A stretch of DNA of 64,000 nt from Candidatus Ozemobacteraceae bacterium (GCA_965140445.1 OZ223236.1:4288001-4352000), one strand, 5' to 3'; shown: positions 37,165 to 47,663, counted from the first letter of the stretch. The notes: generated from the letters alone by a model not told the origin. Program-made: numbers and translations.

Positions 37165-39063
37165 ATGACGGAGTTTCTTCGGCAACTTTGGGAACCAATT
37201 CAAAAGTTGCCCAGAAGCCAGCGAATAGGCCTTTTGGTCATAGTCGTTTTGGTTGTTCTGGGAATTATATCTGCCTCAATGTGGGGCACAACAAAAGATT
37301 TTATACCGCTCTTTGAAGAACAATTAAAACTGGAAGATGCTGGCAGTGTTGTAGCAAAGCTACAGGAGCTTGGTGTTGAGTATAAACTCGGCAAGGACAG
37401 CACTGATATACGAGTTCCTCTGACAGACAAATCGTTTATCCTACTCCAACTTGCCCAGGAAAAATCCCTACCCCAGGTGCGCCCTGGTTGGCAGAAACTA
37501 ATTGATGAAAGATCTATCTTCTCCGGCACCACACAACAGGAATTTGACCTTAACTACGTAAGGGGTCTGGCCGCCGAATTGGAAGATTCATTAGTTAGAA
37601 TGGGTCCAATAGAAGATGCTAACGTAAACATTGTTAAACCCAAAAAAGAAGTATTCAAGGAAGACCAGAAAGAGCCAACTGCAAGCGTATTGCTGAAGCT
37701 TAAAGATGGCGCTGAAATTAATAAAGAACAAATCAGAGCGATCAGAGACTGGGTGTGCACAGCGGTAGAAGGTCTTAAACCGGAGAACGTCAGAATCGCC
37801 GATACAGATGCCAGAGATTTAACCAGAGCTATTAGCGACGATGAAGCAATGGACCTGGATAAAATTGAATCCGCACAGTTAAAGTTCACAAATCTCAGAG
37901 AAAAGAAGCTCAAAAACGATCTCCAAAGTCAGCTCGAAGAAATGTTCGGCTATGGCAAAGCAGTAGTTCGCGTAAGACTGGACATGGACTTTGACGAAAA
38001 AGAAGCTGTCAGTGATGTAATTATACCTCCAGTTGAAGGTAGCGACAAAGGCGTATTGATTTCAACAAAAGTTGAATCTGAAGCCTACAAGGGAAAAGAT
38101 CTCGTTGAAGACGGAGAGCCCGGAGTAAACTCCAACCTTCCTCCTGGAGCACCAGCATATCCAGGAACAGAAGGAAATACATACAACGAGTATAAAAGAG
38201 ATGCCAAAATTGAAAACCTTGACTACACAAGGTCAAAAGAAAAATTTAGAAAAGATCAGGGCACAATTAAACGCCTTACCGTTTCAGTTGTGCTCGACGG
38301 AGATCCAGAACAGCTCGGAAAAATGGAAGATTCCATTTCTGAGATCGCCAAGAATACTGTAGGGTATGATAAGAAACGAGGGGACAAGCTTTCTCTCATG
38401 GTTATGCCCTTTAAAAATGAAGACGTTGAACGTGCCAGAGCTGCGTTTGACCTGAAGAAACAGCAGGAGAAACAAATGTTCATGATCGTTGTTGGTTTGC
38501 TGATGTCTTTCCCGGTTTTCCTGGGAATGATTTACATCTTCGTGAGAGTTTCACGTGCTAGAGCACTGGCTCGCGAACAGGCAAGACTGCAGGAAGCTGC
38601 AGCTGAAGCCGAAGCCATCAGAATGGCTAGAGAAAACCAGATGAGACGTCAATCTGAACAGCAATGGCGTGATTGGGAAAGAAGATTTAAGGATATTAAA
38701 AACTTCTTCCCGGAAATCACAGATATGGATGAGAAAAAACGAAAGGTTCAGGATCTTCGTCACAGTGCTTATCTTTATGCCAGAGACAACGATAACTTAC
38801 CACCAGATTTCGAAGAAATGACTCCAGAAGAACAGTTTATTTATCGTGAAGCCTTCAAGAAGAAAGAAGAAGGAACCCTTCTCGATGGCCTTGAAAGAAT
38901 TGAAGCTATTATTCAGGAACGCGACAAAGCCAGAGAAGAAGAACTTGAACATCTTCAGACTCTTGCAGAAGCTCGTGACGACCTTGAAGCTCGCGTTAGA
39001 CATCTTGTTGAGACTAAACCAGACGATGCTATTCAGGTATTGCGCCTGTGGCTAAGCGATTAA
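37165..39063 (+). CDS. fliF: Flagellar MS-ring protein FliF
   Basis: Two TMs; PTASVLL, AVEGLKPENV, GEPGVNSNL, IKRLTVSVV, VLRLWL; synteny. Confidence 0.93.
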   Translation: MTEFLRQLWEPIQKLPRSQRIGLLVIVVLVVLGIISASMWGTTKDFIPLFEEQLKLEDAGSVVAKLQELGVEYKLGKDSTDIRVPLTDKSFILLQLAQEKSLPQVRPGWQKLIDERSIFSGTTQQEFDLNYVRGLAAELEDSLVRMGPIEDANVNIVKPKKEVFKEDQKEPTASVLLKLKDGAEINKEQIRAIRDWVCTAVEGLKPENVRIADTDARDLTRAISDDEAMDLDKIESAQLKFTNLREKKLKNDLQSQLEEMFGYGKAVVRVRLDMDFDEKEAVSDVIIPPVEGSDKGVLISTKVESEAYKGKDLVEDGEPGVNSNLPPGAPAYPGTEGNTYNEYKRDAKIENLDYTRSKEKFRKDQGTIKRLTVSVVLDGDPEQLGKMEDSISEIAKNTVGYDKKRGDKLSLMVMPFKNEDVERARAAFDLKKQQEKQMFMIVVGLLMSFPVFLGMIYIFVRVSRARALAREQARLQEAAAEAEAIRMARENQMRRQSEQQWRDWERRFKDIKNFFPEITDMDEKKRKVQDLRHSAYLYARDNDNLPPDFEEMTPEEQFIYREAFKKKEEGTLLDGLERIEAIIQERDKAREEELEHLQTLAEARDDLEARVRHLVETKPDDAIQVLRLWLSD

Positions 39064-39075
39064 TGGAGAGCATTT

Positions 39076-40146
39076 ATGGCCGATGAACTTTTACCACCTA
39101 AAAAGGAACTTACAGGAAGCGCAAAGATACTTGAAAAGCTCCCACCGCTAACGATTTCCGGCAAATCAAAAGCTGCAATTCTACTGATCTTTCTTGGTCC
39201 AGAAACCAGTGGTGTAATCCTCCAATCCTTAACTGACTCAGAAATTGAATCCTTAACGATTGAAATCGCCAAGCATAGAAAGATTTCAACCGAGCAAAAG
39301 CTCGCCGTATTGTTTGAATTTGAACAGCTAATGATGGCACGCGAATTCTATGCTGAAGGTGGCCTGGAGTATGCTAAACAGCTTCTTGAAAAAACCATTG
39401 GCCCGGGTAAAGCCCTTGAAATTCTTGCAAGAATGGGTACCTCACTTGCTGTTCAACCATTTGAAGCAGCAAGAACAGCTGATCCAACTCAGCTGGCAAC
39501 TTTAATCCAAAACGAGCATCCACAAACGGTTGCTCTTATTCTTGCGTACCTTCAGCCAGATAAGGCTGCGGTAATCCTTCAATCCATGACCCCTGACACC
39601 CAGGTTGAAATTGCGAAACGACTCGCTCTAATGGATAGAACAAGTCCTGAAATTACCAGAGAAATTGAAAACTACCTGGAAGAAAAGCTGTCTTCGATTA
39701 TTGGTCAGGATCTAACCAGCGTCGGTGGTATCGACTCTTTGATTGGCGTCTTGAACGCAGTAGAAAGAGCGACAGAAAAGAATATCATCGAAACCATGGA
39801 AGTTCAGGAACCAAGTCTGGCAGAAGAAGTCAAGAAACGACTCTTCGTTTTCGAAGATGTTGTTCTTATCGACGACAGAAGCTTACAGCGCTTGATGAAA
39901 GAAGTGGATATGAAAGACCTTTCGATATCACTCAAGGGCGTTACAGACGAAGTCAAAGAAAAGTTCTACAAAAACATGTCCAAACGTGCAGCAGAAATGC
40001 TCAAAGAAGACATGGCTTACATGGGCCCAGTCCGCATCAGAGACGTGGATCAGGCACAACAAAGAATCGTGGCAATTGTAAAACGACTCGAAGCAAGAGG
40101 CGAAATCGTCATTGCAAGACCGGGCGAGGAGGAACTAGTTGGCTAG
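39076..40146 (+). CDS. fliG: Flagellar motor switch protein FliG
   Basis: KAAILL, GGLEYAK, EHPQ, LFVFED, MSKRAAEM, GPVR. Confidence 0.96.
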   Translation: MADELLPPKKELTGSAKILEKLPPLTISGKSKAAILLIFLGPETSGVILQSLTDSEIESLTIEIAKHRKISTEQKLAVLFEFEQLMMAREFYAEGGLEYAKQLLEKTIGPGKALEILARMGTSLAVQPFEAARTADPTQLATLIQNEHPQTVALILAYLQPDKAAVILQSMTPDTQVEIAKRLALMDRTSPEITREIENYLEEKLSSIIGQDLTSVGGIDSLIGVLNAVERATEKNIIETMEVQEPSLAEEVKKRLFVFEDVVLIDDRSLQRLMKEVDMKDLSISLKGVTDEVKEKFYKNMSKRAAEMLKEDMAYMGPVRIRDVDQAQQRIVAIVKRLEARGEIVIARPGEEELVG

Positions 40147-40582
40147 TTATAATACAGGAAAAACTGGGGTTGAAATCCTTGCAAATATTCTTAAACATTG
40201 CGATTCAAAAACAAACCGCAATATTATTAGTGGGCTTCAGAAAGATCTTCCTGACATTGCTCAGGAACTGAGAAAAAGAATCCTCACGTTTGACGATCTT
40301 GCATACGGAGATTCCAGAGGTATTCAAAAGCTTATCAAGCTTATCAGTATCAAAGATCTTGCGGTTTCTTTAAAGGGCGCTTCAGAAAGAGTCTTAAAGA
40401 ATCTTGCGGAAAATATGTCCCAGAGATCTTTAAGAGACCTGCGGGAAGAAATTTCCTTAATTGGCAGAGCCACTGAAGCTGATGCAGAATTGGCACGCGA
40501 AAGAATCATGCTCGTGGTTTCAGACTTGATAAAAAACCGCGAACTCTTTATAAACAGACCTGGTGATGACCTGGTCTATTAA
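40139..40582 (+). CDS. Stand-alone FliG C-terminal-domain protein
   Basis: LRKRILTFDDL, LAVSLKGA, NMSQRS align with the FliG C-domain just upstream. Confidence 0.8.
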   Translation: MASYNTGKTGVEILANILKHCDSKTNRNIISGLQKDLPDIAQELRKRILTFDDLAYGDSRGIQKLIKLISIKDLAVSLKGASERVLKNLAENMSQRSLRDLREEISLIGRATEADAELARERIMLVVSDLIKNRELFINRPGDDLVY

Positions 40583-40592
40583 GGATTGGTAA

Positions 40593-41723
40593 ATGGCAAA
40601 GATCTTCAAAGCGCATCAAATTCAGATCGATTCTGATAAAAAAGTTTTTGTTCCGCATAATCAGATTATGCCAAAACCTGAAGAAAAAATAGACCAGGAA
40701 GAAGCTCAATTCGTTGATTCGGTCTTTCGGGAGCTTTCTCCTGAGCATTTAGCTGGTTCCGGTGAAAAAATGGTTACCGAAAAAAAGGAAGCCAATTCTG
40801 AACCAGAAAATTCAGAACCAGAACAAACCGAAAACGCAATCAAGGATACTCAGCCAAGACCAGGCAGCTACGCATCACTGAGCCCTGCTGCAAGAAAATC
40901 CAGGCACATGGCCGCCCTGGACACTCTTAAAATAAAAGAGCTGGAGCTGGAAGCACTCGAAGAGGAATTGCGAAATTGGGAATCTGAATTACGCGAAAAA
41001 GAATCTGCCTTTAATTTAAAAGAGCAGGAATTCCTGCAAACTATGCAAGCCAAACGGAATGAGGTTGATGAAGAAAGTAAACGCATCATTCAAATGGCAA
41101 GAAGCAGTTCAGAATCATTAACTTCATCTGCAAAAGCAGAAGCGGAATCAATAAAAAAAGCCGCTCAAATAGAAGTTGAAGACGTCAGACAAAAAGCTTA
41201 CAAAGAAGGCTTTGCCCTCGGTGAAGAAAAAGGAATTAGCGCTGGTGAAGAACAGGGATTACATGAAGCCCGAATAGATTGGCAAAACCTGATGAAAGAA
41301 TCAGAAATGCTCATTAATGAATTACAGACCAGTCGCATGGGCGTTCTTAAATCCTCAGAAGAAGAAATGGTTCGCCTGATTATAGCCTTTGCCAGATCTG
41401 TTATTAAGGTTGAGCCTCAGATTCAGCCTGATATTGTGTTAAAAAATATTGATGCAGCGATAAACAAAGTCTCAGATGTAGATAAGATAGTTATGCGCAT
41501 AAACATCAAGGATAAAGCTATGTGCCAGGCACACAAAGATATGTTTATGCAGAAGCTTAGCACTGTTACAGAACTTCAGATTATTGAAGATTCCAGCTTG
41601 TCTCCTGGTGGAATAAAAATTGAAACCGGAGTGGGAACTATTGATGCCACAATCGAAAGTCAGGCAAAAGAGCTGGAAACCGCTCTACTTGAGAAATTTC
41701 GTAGATCTCAGGCGCAGCTATGA
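40593..41723 (+). CDS. fliH: Flagellar export protein FliH
   Basis: AYKEGFALGEEKG GxxxG repeats, LSPGGIKIET..IDATIE; synteny. Confidence 0.88.
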   Translation: MAKIFKAHQIQIDSDKKVFVPHNQIMPKPEEKIDQEEAQFVDSVFRELSPEHLAGSGEKMVTEKKEANSEPENSEPEQTENAIKDTQPRPGSYASLSPAARKSRHMAALDTLKIKELELEALEEELRNWESELREKESAFNLKEQEFLQTMQAKRNEVDEESKRIIQMARSSSESLTSSAKAEAESIKKAAQIEVEDVRQKAYKEGFALGEEKGISAGEEQGLHEARIDWQNLMKESEMLINELQTSRMGVLKSSEEEMVRLIIAFARSVIKVEPQIQPDIVLKNIDAAINKVSDVDKIVMRINIKDKAMCQAHKDMFMQKLSTVTELQIIEDSSLSPGGIKIETGVGTIDATIESQAKELETALLEKFRRSQAQL

Positions 41724-43033
41724 CAAATTTTCCATTCTCAGAATATGAAAGTCTTTTAAACACTGCCGACCCAATCAGGGTTAATGGCAGAGTCACCCAG
41801 GTTGTTGGATTATTGGTAGAAGCTACCGGACCACAAAATCCGGTTGGCGACGTTTGTAATATAATCACCCCGCAAGGACCATTGCCCTGCGAGATCGTTG
41901 GTTTCCGGCGTGGAAGCGTTCTTCTAATGCCGCTAATCCACACAGATGGCATTCGTCAGGGCAGCGAAGTTGTCCCAACCGGCATGCCATTGACAGCACC
42001 AGCTGGCGAAGAACTTCTGGGTAGATTGCTTGACGGCCTTGGCCACCCAATTGATGATAAAGGGGAGCTCCCTTCCACTGTCACAAGAGTCCCAATCAAT
42101 AGAGAACCACCCAATGCATTTACGCGAAAGAGAATTCTTGAGCCGATGCCAACCGGCATTAAAGTTATTGATGGGCTATTGACCATAGGCGGTGGCCAAA
42201 GAATGGGGATTTTCGCAGGCTCTGGTGTGGGAAAATCAACTCTCATGGGAATGATGTGTCGCTCATCTCAGGCAGATGTAAACGTTATAGCCCTGGTTGG
42301 AGAGCGCGGAAGAGAAGTTCGTGAGTTCCTGGAAAAAGACCTTGGCCCGGAAGGAATGAAACGCTCAATAATCGTAGTTGCGACTTCCGACCGCCCCGCT
42401 CTGGTTCGTGTAAAAGCAGCTTTTACCGCAACAGCAATTGCAGAATACTTTAGAGATAAGGGCAAAGATGTAATGCTGATGATGGACTCGGTCACCAGGT
42501 TTGCATTAGCACAAAGGGAAATCGGATTAGCAGTAGGCGAACCTCCAACCACCCGCGGTTACACGCCATCTGTTTTTTCACTGTTACCAAAACTTCTAGA
42601 AAGAGCTGGTACCGCAAGAAAAGGTTCAATAACCGGTATCTATACCGTTCTTGTTGAAGGGGGCGACATGGACGAGCCTGTTGCCGATGCGGTTAGAGGT
42701 ATTCTCGACGGACATCTACTTTTAAGCAGAGAATTGGCTCACCACAATATTTACCCTGCGGTCGACATCCTTGGAAGCATTTCTCGACTAATGCCTGAAA
42801 TAACTGATAAAAAGCATTATGACACAGCGGGAAAAATCAGAAACCTCTATTCCACTTATGCAAAAAATGCTGACGCGATCAGCCTTGGCGCTTACAAAGC
42901 CGGATCTGATCCGCGCATTGATGAAGCAATAAAGAAACAGCCACTAATCGAAGAATTTATAAAACAAGGCATCGGCGATGCTCATGGCTTTGAAGAAAGC
43001 CTTCAGACAATGCAAAGTATCTTGAGCGCTTAA
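41720..43033 (+). CDS. fliI: Flagellar export ATPase FliI
   Basis: AGSGVGKST, GERGREV, MDSVTRFA, GEPPTTRGY. Confidence 0.96.
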   Translation: MTNFPFSEYESLLNTADPIRVNGRVTQVVGLLVEATGPQNPVGDVCNIITPQGPLPCEIVGFRRGSVLLMPLIHTDGIRQGSEVVPTGMPLTAPAGEELLGRLLDGLGHPIDDKGELPSTVTRVPINREPPNAFTRKRILEPMPTGIKVIDGLLTIGGGQRMGIFAGSGVGKSTLMGMMCRSSQADVNVIALVGERGREVREFLEKDLGPEGMKRSIIVVATSDRPALVRVKAAFTATAIAEYFRDKGKDVMLMMDSVTRFALAQREIGLAVGEPPTTRGYTPSVFSLLPKLLERAGTARKGSITGIYTVLVEGGDMDEPVADAVRGILDGHLLLSRELAHHNIYPAVDILGSISRLMPEITDKKHYDTAGKIRNLYSTYAKNADAISLGAYKAGSDPRIDEAIKKQPLIEEFIKQGIGDAHGFEESLQTMQSILSA

Positions 43034-43043
43034 GGATTTTTAA

Positions 43044-43496
43044 ATGGCTTTTGTTTTTAGATTTCAACAACTATTGCAGATTTGCATACATGAAGAAAAT
43101 GAAGTAAAAAATAAATTAGCCAAAAAAGACTCTCAAATTGCTGAAGCAAACGCGGAAATAAAAAAATTAAAAGATGATTATGAAGCTGCTTTACAGTCTA
43201 AGATGCTTGATCTCCAAAGGGGAGACATGACAAAGGTTCAAATGTATCCAGCCTACCTGGCTCGGTTACAAAAATCCTGGGAGTTCCAGGAAGAAGAACT
43301 GGAAAGACTCTTCAAGCAAAGAGAAAAAATAATGGAAGAACTTATCGAGAAGCGCAAAAATCGAAATACCTACGAAAAAATGCGTGAAAAAGACCAGGCC
43401 GTTTTTAAGAAAGAGCAGCTTAAAAAAGAACAAAAACGTCTGGATGAGTTTGGAAACAGAAAAAACATGGTAAAGGAGCTATTGGACGATGCTTGA
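43044..43496 (+). CDS. fliJ: Flagellar export protein FliJ
   Basis: FVFRFQQLL, EQKRLDE; coiled coil; follows fliI. Confidence 0.88.
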   Translation: MAFVFRFQQLLQICIHEENEVKNKLAKKDSQIAEANAEIKKLKDDYEAALQSKMLDLQRGDMTKVQMYPAYLARLQKSWEFQEEELERLFKQREKIMEELIEKRKNRNTYEKMREKDQAVFKKEQLKKEQKRLDEFGNRKNMVKELLDDA

Positions 43497-44073
43497 GAAT
43501 ATGCACCGAATAATGGAAAAAATGGACGCTATCTCCAAAAGCTTTAGCGGCATGTCTCGCCGACATGTGAAACGTGAAAATCAGAACTTCAAAACAGCTT
43601 TAAATGAAATTACTAAAGCAGACTTGAGTTCCCATCCAATAAGTCCACTAGAAAGCACCGCTGAGCCAAAAACTATTTCAACAGAAGATTTGCAAAACCT
43701 TATTAATAAACATGCAACCGAAAAAGGAATTAAACCGGAACTGGTTCAAAAGCTTATAGATGTAGCCTCAGGAAGAGACCCAGAGTCAGTTGGAAACGAT
43801 GGTCAACTCGGCCTGATGCAGCTTAAACCGGAAATTTTTAGACAGTTTGGTTACACGGACCCCTTTGACCCTGATCAGAATATTTCAGCAGGAACCCAGC
43901 ATCTTTCAGAAATGTTAAAGAGAAATGGTGGCAATACAACGCTTGCCCTTGCTGCATATAGTTCAGACCCTGCAACAGTTAAAAGATTTGGTGGAATCCC
44001 GCCATTTCCTGAAACACAGAATTTTGTAGGGCAAATTTTAAGTGGTTTGAGTAAACCAAAAAGTGACGATTAA
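43489..44073 (+). CDS. SLT-domain lytic transglycosylase homolog lacking the catalytic Glu
   Basis: GLMQL, DPFDPDQNI, ALAAY, GGIPPFPETQ; ES motif reads AS and AYNAG reads AYSSD. Confidence 0.85.
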   Translation: MLENMHRIMEKMDAISKSFSGMSRRHVKRENQNFKTALNEITKADLSSHPISPLESTAEPKTISTEDLQNLINKHATEKGIKPELVQKLIDVASGRDPESVGNDGQLGLMQLKPEIFRQFGYTDPFDPDQNISAGTQHLSEMLKRNGGNTTLALAAYSSDPATVKRFGGIPPFPETQNFVGQILSGLSKPKSDD

Positions 44074-44084
44074 GGAAGCTGAAA

Positions 44085-45008
44085 ATGGCGGAAAATGACG
44101 AATTAAATGAAAAACAAAATCCAGAAGGCATAGAGGAATCCCAGGAAGAACTGGAATTACCTGAGGGAGAAGAACCGCCCCCGCCCAAAAAGGAAGCATC
44201 CGGGCTTTATAAAGCGGTTAGTCGGATTTTCTTTCTTTTCCTGCTTGGTTCATTAGGAGTAGCAACCTTTCTTTCGTTACTAACCCTGGATTTTCTTGAT
44301 ATTTATCAATTTAGATACAATATTCCTGAGCCATGGAGAAAGCAGTGGCCACTAAACGCCTACTATGACTTCGTTCAGCTGCATCAGCTCCCGGAAGAAG
44401 AACGTTATCAACAGCTAATTATAAAAGAACAGCAAAGATATGACCGAATCATAACCCAAGGCAGCAAAGAGCTGGAAGAAAGATCCAGAGCCCTGGAAGA
44501 ATCCTATAAAAACCTTATTAGAAGTCAAAAAGAACGCTATAACTCATCCATGGAAGAACTTAGAAAACAGCAGGAAGATTTCCTTAAAGAAAAAAAGGAA
44601 TTTGAGGAAACCTCTAAAGACCTGGATGTTAGAAAAGAAGCTATCGATGAGCTTTCAAAGCAACTTGCTTCAGAAGCTTTAAACGTAGAATCGAGTTTGA
44701 TTAAATTCATGGAAGAAGAAAATAAAATGAAACAGGTTCAAACTATCGCTGAAGCCATGGATTCAAGATCATTAGCCACCATTTTTGACGAAGTAACTGA
44801 TGATCAGCTTATCTACGACATTATTCGTGGATTAACTCCAATCCAGGCTGGAAAAGTCCTTTCAACAATGGACCCGGAAAAAGCAGGAAAAATCATGAAG
44901 CTTGGCCAAAACCAGATTAAGCTTCCACCACCAGGTGGACCATCCAGGTCTTATATTCCTCCAAGCTTACAGGGACTTATCGCATCTAGTCAGGCACAGC
45001 TAAGATAG
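44085..45008 (+). CDS. FlbB/YlxF/MotE-like flagellar protein (TM, coiled coil, MgtE_N-like C-domain)
   Basis: AMDSRSLATI..KVLSTMDPEKAGKI; position after fliJ. Confidence 0.7.
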   Translation: MAENDELNEKQNPEGIEESQEELELPEGEEPPPPKKEASGLYKAVSRIFFLFLLGSLGVATFLSLLTLDFLDIYQFRYNIPEPWRKQWPLNAYYDFVQLHQLPEEERYQQLIIKEQQRYDRIITQGSKELEERSRALEESYKNLIRSQKERYNSSMEELRKQQEDFLKEKKEFEETSKDLDVRKEAIDELSKQLASEALNVESSLIKFMEEENKMKQVQTIAEAMDSRSLATIFDEVTDDQLIYDIIRGLTPIQAGKVLSTMDPEKAGKIMKLGQNQIKLPPPGGPSRSYIPPSLQGLIASSQAQLR

Positions 45009-45053
45009 AAATCAACCTTCTTAAATGAAAGCATTTTTTTAGCAAATTGCCGA

Positions 45054-47663
45054 TCAGACAATTTCAAAAGTTGGATTAAACAATTCACCAGCGGCCAGAT
45101 AAGGAAAGAAAGCATAAATCCTTTCCCCGTTTTGAACCAATTCTTCTTCTGGTTCAATATCAGAGTTAACAATCTTTAAATTTTCAGGCAAAATAACCAA
45201 GAAAGCCTCTCTTCTGCATGTTGGAAAAGCTTTATCCGGAAACTGGAGACAGGTCTTTCCATTTTTACCAATAAGCTCGAAATCCGCTAATTTACAATGC
45301 ATATGAATGCTTTGATTAGGTTTCCAACCCTCTACCAATCTGACAGAGGCAACCCCGCCTTTCACAGGCCCATCCGATTTGTAAAATTCAAATGGAAGAA
45401 TATTGCCCGCCTGGTCAATAAATGGAGACTCGGGAAACTCCGGAAGCCAAACCTGGGTTATAACTTCCTCGCCATCGAAAAGATTGAAATTACTGTAAAT
45501 GCAGTGATGACCGACTTTTCCGGATTTACTCACCTCAAAGATAGAAGTGCACCCTGGATTTCCAATGGTATAAGCCCGGATATCAATAGAATCATAGCTC
45601 ACTTTTATGGCGTATTTTATTGCAACCTTTCGCCAGGCTTTGTTACTGAGCTCATCTTCAATACCATCTAACAGTTCACTTTCAATAATCTTTAATGCCT
45701 GATCATTTGATAAATATCCTGGGATTTCTTTCAGACGTCTTGCCTGCTCCAGATGACGCTTTGCAACTTCTGAATATCCCATCAGCTCTTTAATTCTATA
45801 AAGACAATAGTACCCCGTAGCACGTAACCCAATGTCTCCGGGCATACCAACAGCTTTTCGGAAAATCTCGTAAGCCTCATCAAACTTTCCGCTACAAGAT
45901 TGGACTCTCGCCAGATAAAAAAGCATAAGCATATTTTGAGGGTCCTTGCTTACTGCGTGCTTAACCTCTCTTTCAGCTTCTTCAAATTTCCCGCTTATTA
46001 AAAGAGTCTGGATACTTTTCAAATGAAGATTGTTATAATCTGGATATTTTAAAATCCTGTCTTTTAGAATGTTTTGGGCATTTTCGAAATCCATAATCGA
46101 AAAATAGCATTCGCTCTGCGCAACTGCCAGAATATTATTATCTGGAAGCTTTCCGGCCATGTTTTTGCCGACTTTTACCGCACTGGAATAGTCTCCAACA
46201 GCTTCCAAACTAAAAAACAACGCAAACTGAAAATCAATATCATCTGGAAAGGCTTCCTGCAACCTTATTGCACGTTGTCTTCCTTCTTCGTAGTTACGTG
46301 TCCAGAACAAATCCCTTATTAACAGATACTTTTCCTTATCCTGTCTGGAAGACTTATCCAGCAACTTTTCAGAAGAATCCAGATACTCTTTAATTTCTGA
46401 ATGATGACCGATTGCATTCAGGGCAAAACTTAGCATAAAAAGAATATCAGCGCTTGAAGGATCAAGTTTATAGGCTTGTTTTAAGGCGTCAATAGCTTCA
46501 ATCACTGAAAAGTTAATGTAAAACTTTTGTCTGGCTTCTTTTAAGAATTTTCTGGCAGCTTGCTTTGATGAATCAACGGGTCTGTTTGAACCTTGAGATT
46601 CTTCCTTTTGGTTCTCCACATCAGGTTTTCGAACCAAAGAAGGCTGTTTTCCTTCTTTTAAAAACCAACCTTTAAGCATCTCCTTAAAACCAGAAAACCA
46701 TGTTCCTGATTGAGAAAGCCGATTCAATGCTCCTGCCAGCTCATTTCCATCTCTAAAACGTTTTCCAGGGTCTTTTTCGAGACACTTTAAAACGATCTCT
46801 TCAAGTTCCGGAGAAATATGAGGGTTTAAAACTCTTGGAGAGACTGGCGATCCCTGAGAAATACTAGAAACTATAGCTGCAGGGTCTTCCTCTGAAATTG
46901 GGTGAGCCAGTGTTAAAAGCTCATAAAAAACAACGCCGAGGCAGTAAATATCCGTGCGGGCTGAAATATTGCCCCTTCTTCCCATAAGCTGCTCTGGGGC
47001 TGCGTAAGAAAGAGTTCCCATGAAATGATCTGTCTGGGTTAAATCAAGATTGCCCCGCTGCTTAACAAGTCCGAAATCAATAAGTTTTATTTTTTGATCA
47101 TCAACAATAAGAATATTGGAAGACTTTATATCTCTATGAACAATTTCATGGGCATGAGCATCACCAAGCGCTAATGCTGCTGAAGTCATCAATTTTCGAA
47201 CCAGAAATGGATATTCAGGATTCTTGACCGGGTTGATAATCGGGTCGGAAAGAAAAAACGGCGTTTCCGGCTTAGACTCACGTATATAGCCGGACGACAT
47301 GAGCTCATCTGGTGACATCCCGGACTGGTGTATAGCTTTGCATCGAGTCACAAATTCTTTTATCGAGCAACCTTCGATATAATCCATCACAAAAAATGGC
47401 CTACTCTCGAATTCGCCATAACTGAAAACTCTCAGAATCCCTGGGTGATCAAGGCTTGCGATTGCTGCCGCCTCTCTCAAAAACCTTGCTCTACCGACCT
47501 CATCTTCTGAGGAAGTATGCATAACTTTAACAGCAACAAGGCGCTCAAGATTTTGGTCTATCGCCTTATAAACGGTCCCCATTCCTCCAGAACCAATCTC
47601 TGAAATGATTTTACATCCATTTAGAATGGTGCCCTCTGGAATTGTTGTATTGAGATTTTTCAT
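45054..47663 (-). CDS. Hanks-type Ser/Thr protein kinase with TPR-like repeats
   Basis: GSGGMGTVY, VAVK, HRDIKSSN, DFG, APE, DIYCLG; helical repeats follow. Confidence 0.93.
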   Translation of the reverse strand: MKNLNTTIPEGTILNGCKIISEIGSGGMGTVYKAIDQNLERLVAVKVMHTSSEDEVGRARFLREAAAIASLDHPGILRVFSYGEFESRPFFVMDYIEGCSIKEFVTRCKAIHQSGMSPDELMSSGYIRESKPETPFFLSDPIINPVKNPEYPFLVRKLMTSAALALGDAHAHEIVHRDIKSSNILIVDDQKIKLIDFGLVKQRGNLDLTQTDHFMGTLSYAAPEQLMGRRGNISARTDIYCLGVVFYELLTLAHPISEEDPAAIVSSISQGSPVSPRVLNPHISPELEEIVLKCLEKDPGKRFRDGNELAGALNRLSQSGTWFSGFKEMLKGWFLKEGKQPSLVRKPDVENQKEESQGSNRPVDSSKQAARKFLKEARQKFYINFSVIEAIDALKQAYKLDPSSADILFMLSFALNAIGHHSEIKEYLDSSEKLLDKSSRQDKEKYLLIRDLFWTRNYEEGRQRAIRLQEAFPDDIDFQFALFFSLEAVGDYSSAVKVGKNMAGKLPDNNILAVAQSECYFSIMDFENAQNILKDRILKYPDYNNLHLKSIQTLLISGKFEEAEREVKHAVSKDPQNMLMLFYLARVQSCSGKFDEAYEIFRKAVGMPGDIGLRATGYYCLYRIKELMGYSEVAKRHLEQARRLKEIPGYLSNDQALKIIESELLDGIEDELSNKAWRKVAIKYAIKVSYDSIDIRAYTIGNPGCTSIFEVSKSGKVGHHCIYSNFNLFDGEEVITQVWLPEFPESPFIDQAGNILPFEFYKSDGPVKGGVASVRLVEGWKPNQSIHMHCKLADFELIGKNGKTCLQFPDKAFPTCRREAFLVILPENLKIVNSDIEPEEELVQNGERIYAFFPYLAAGELFNPTFEIV

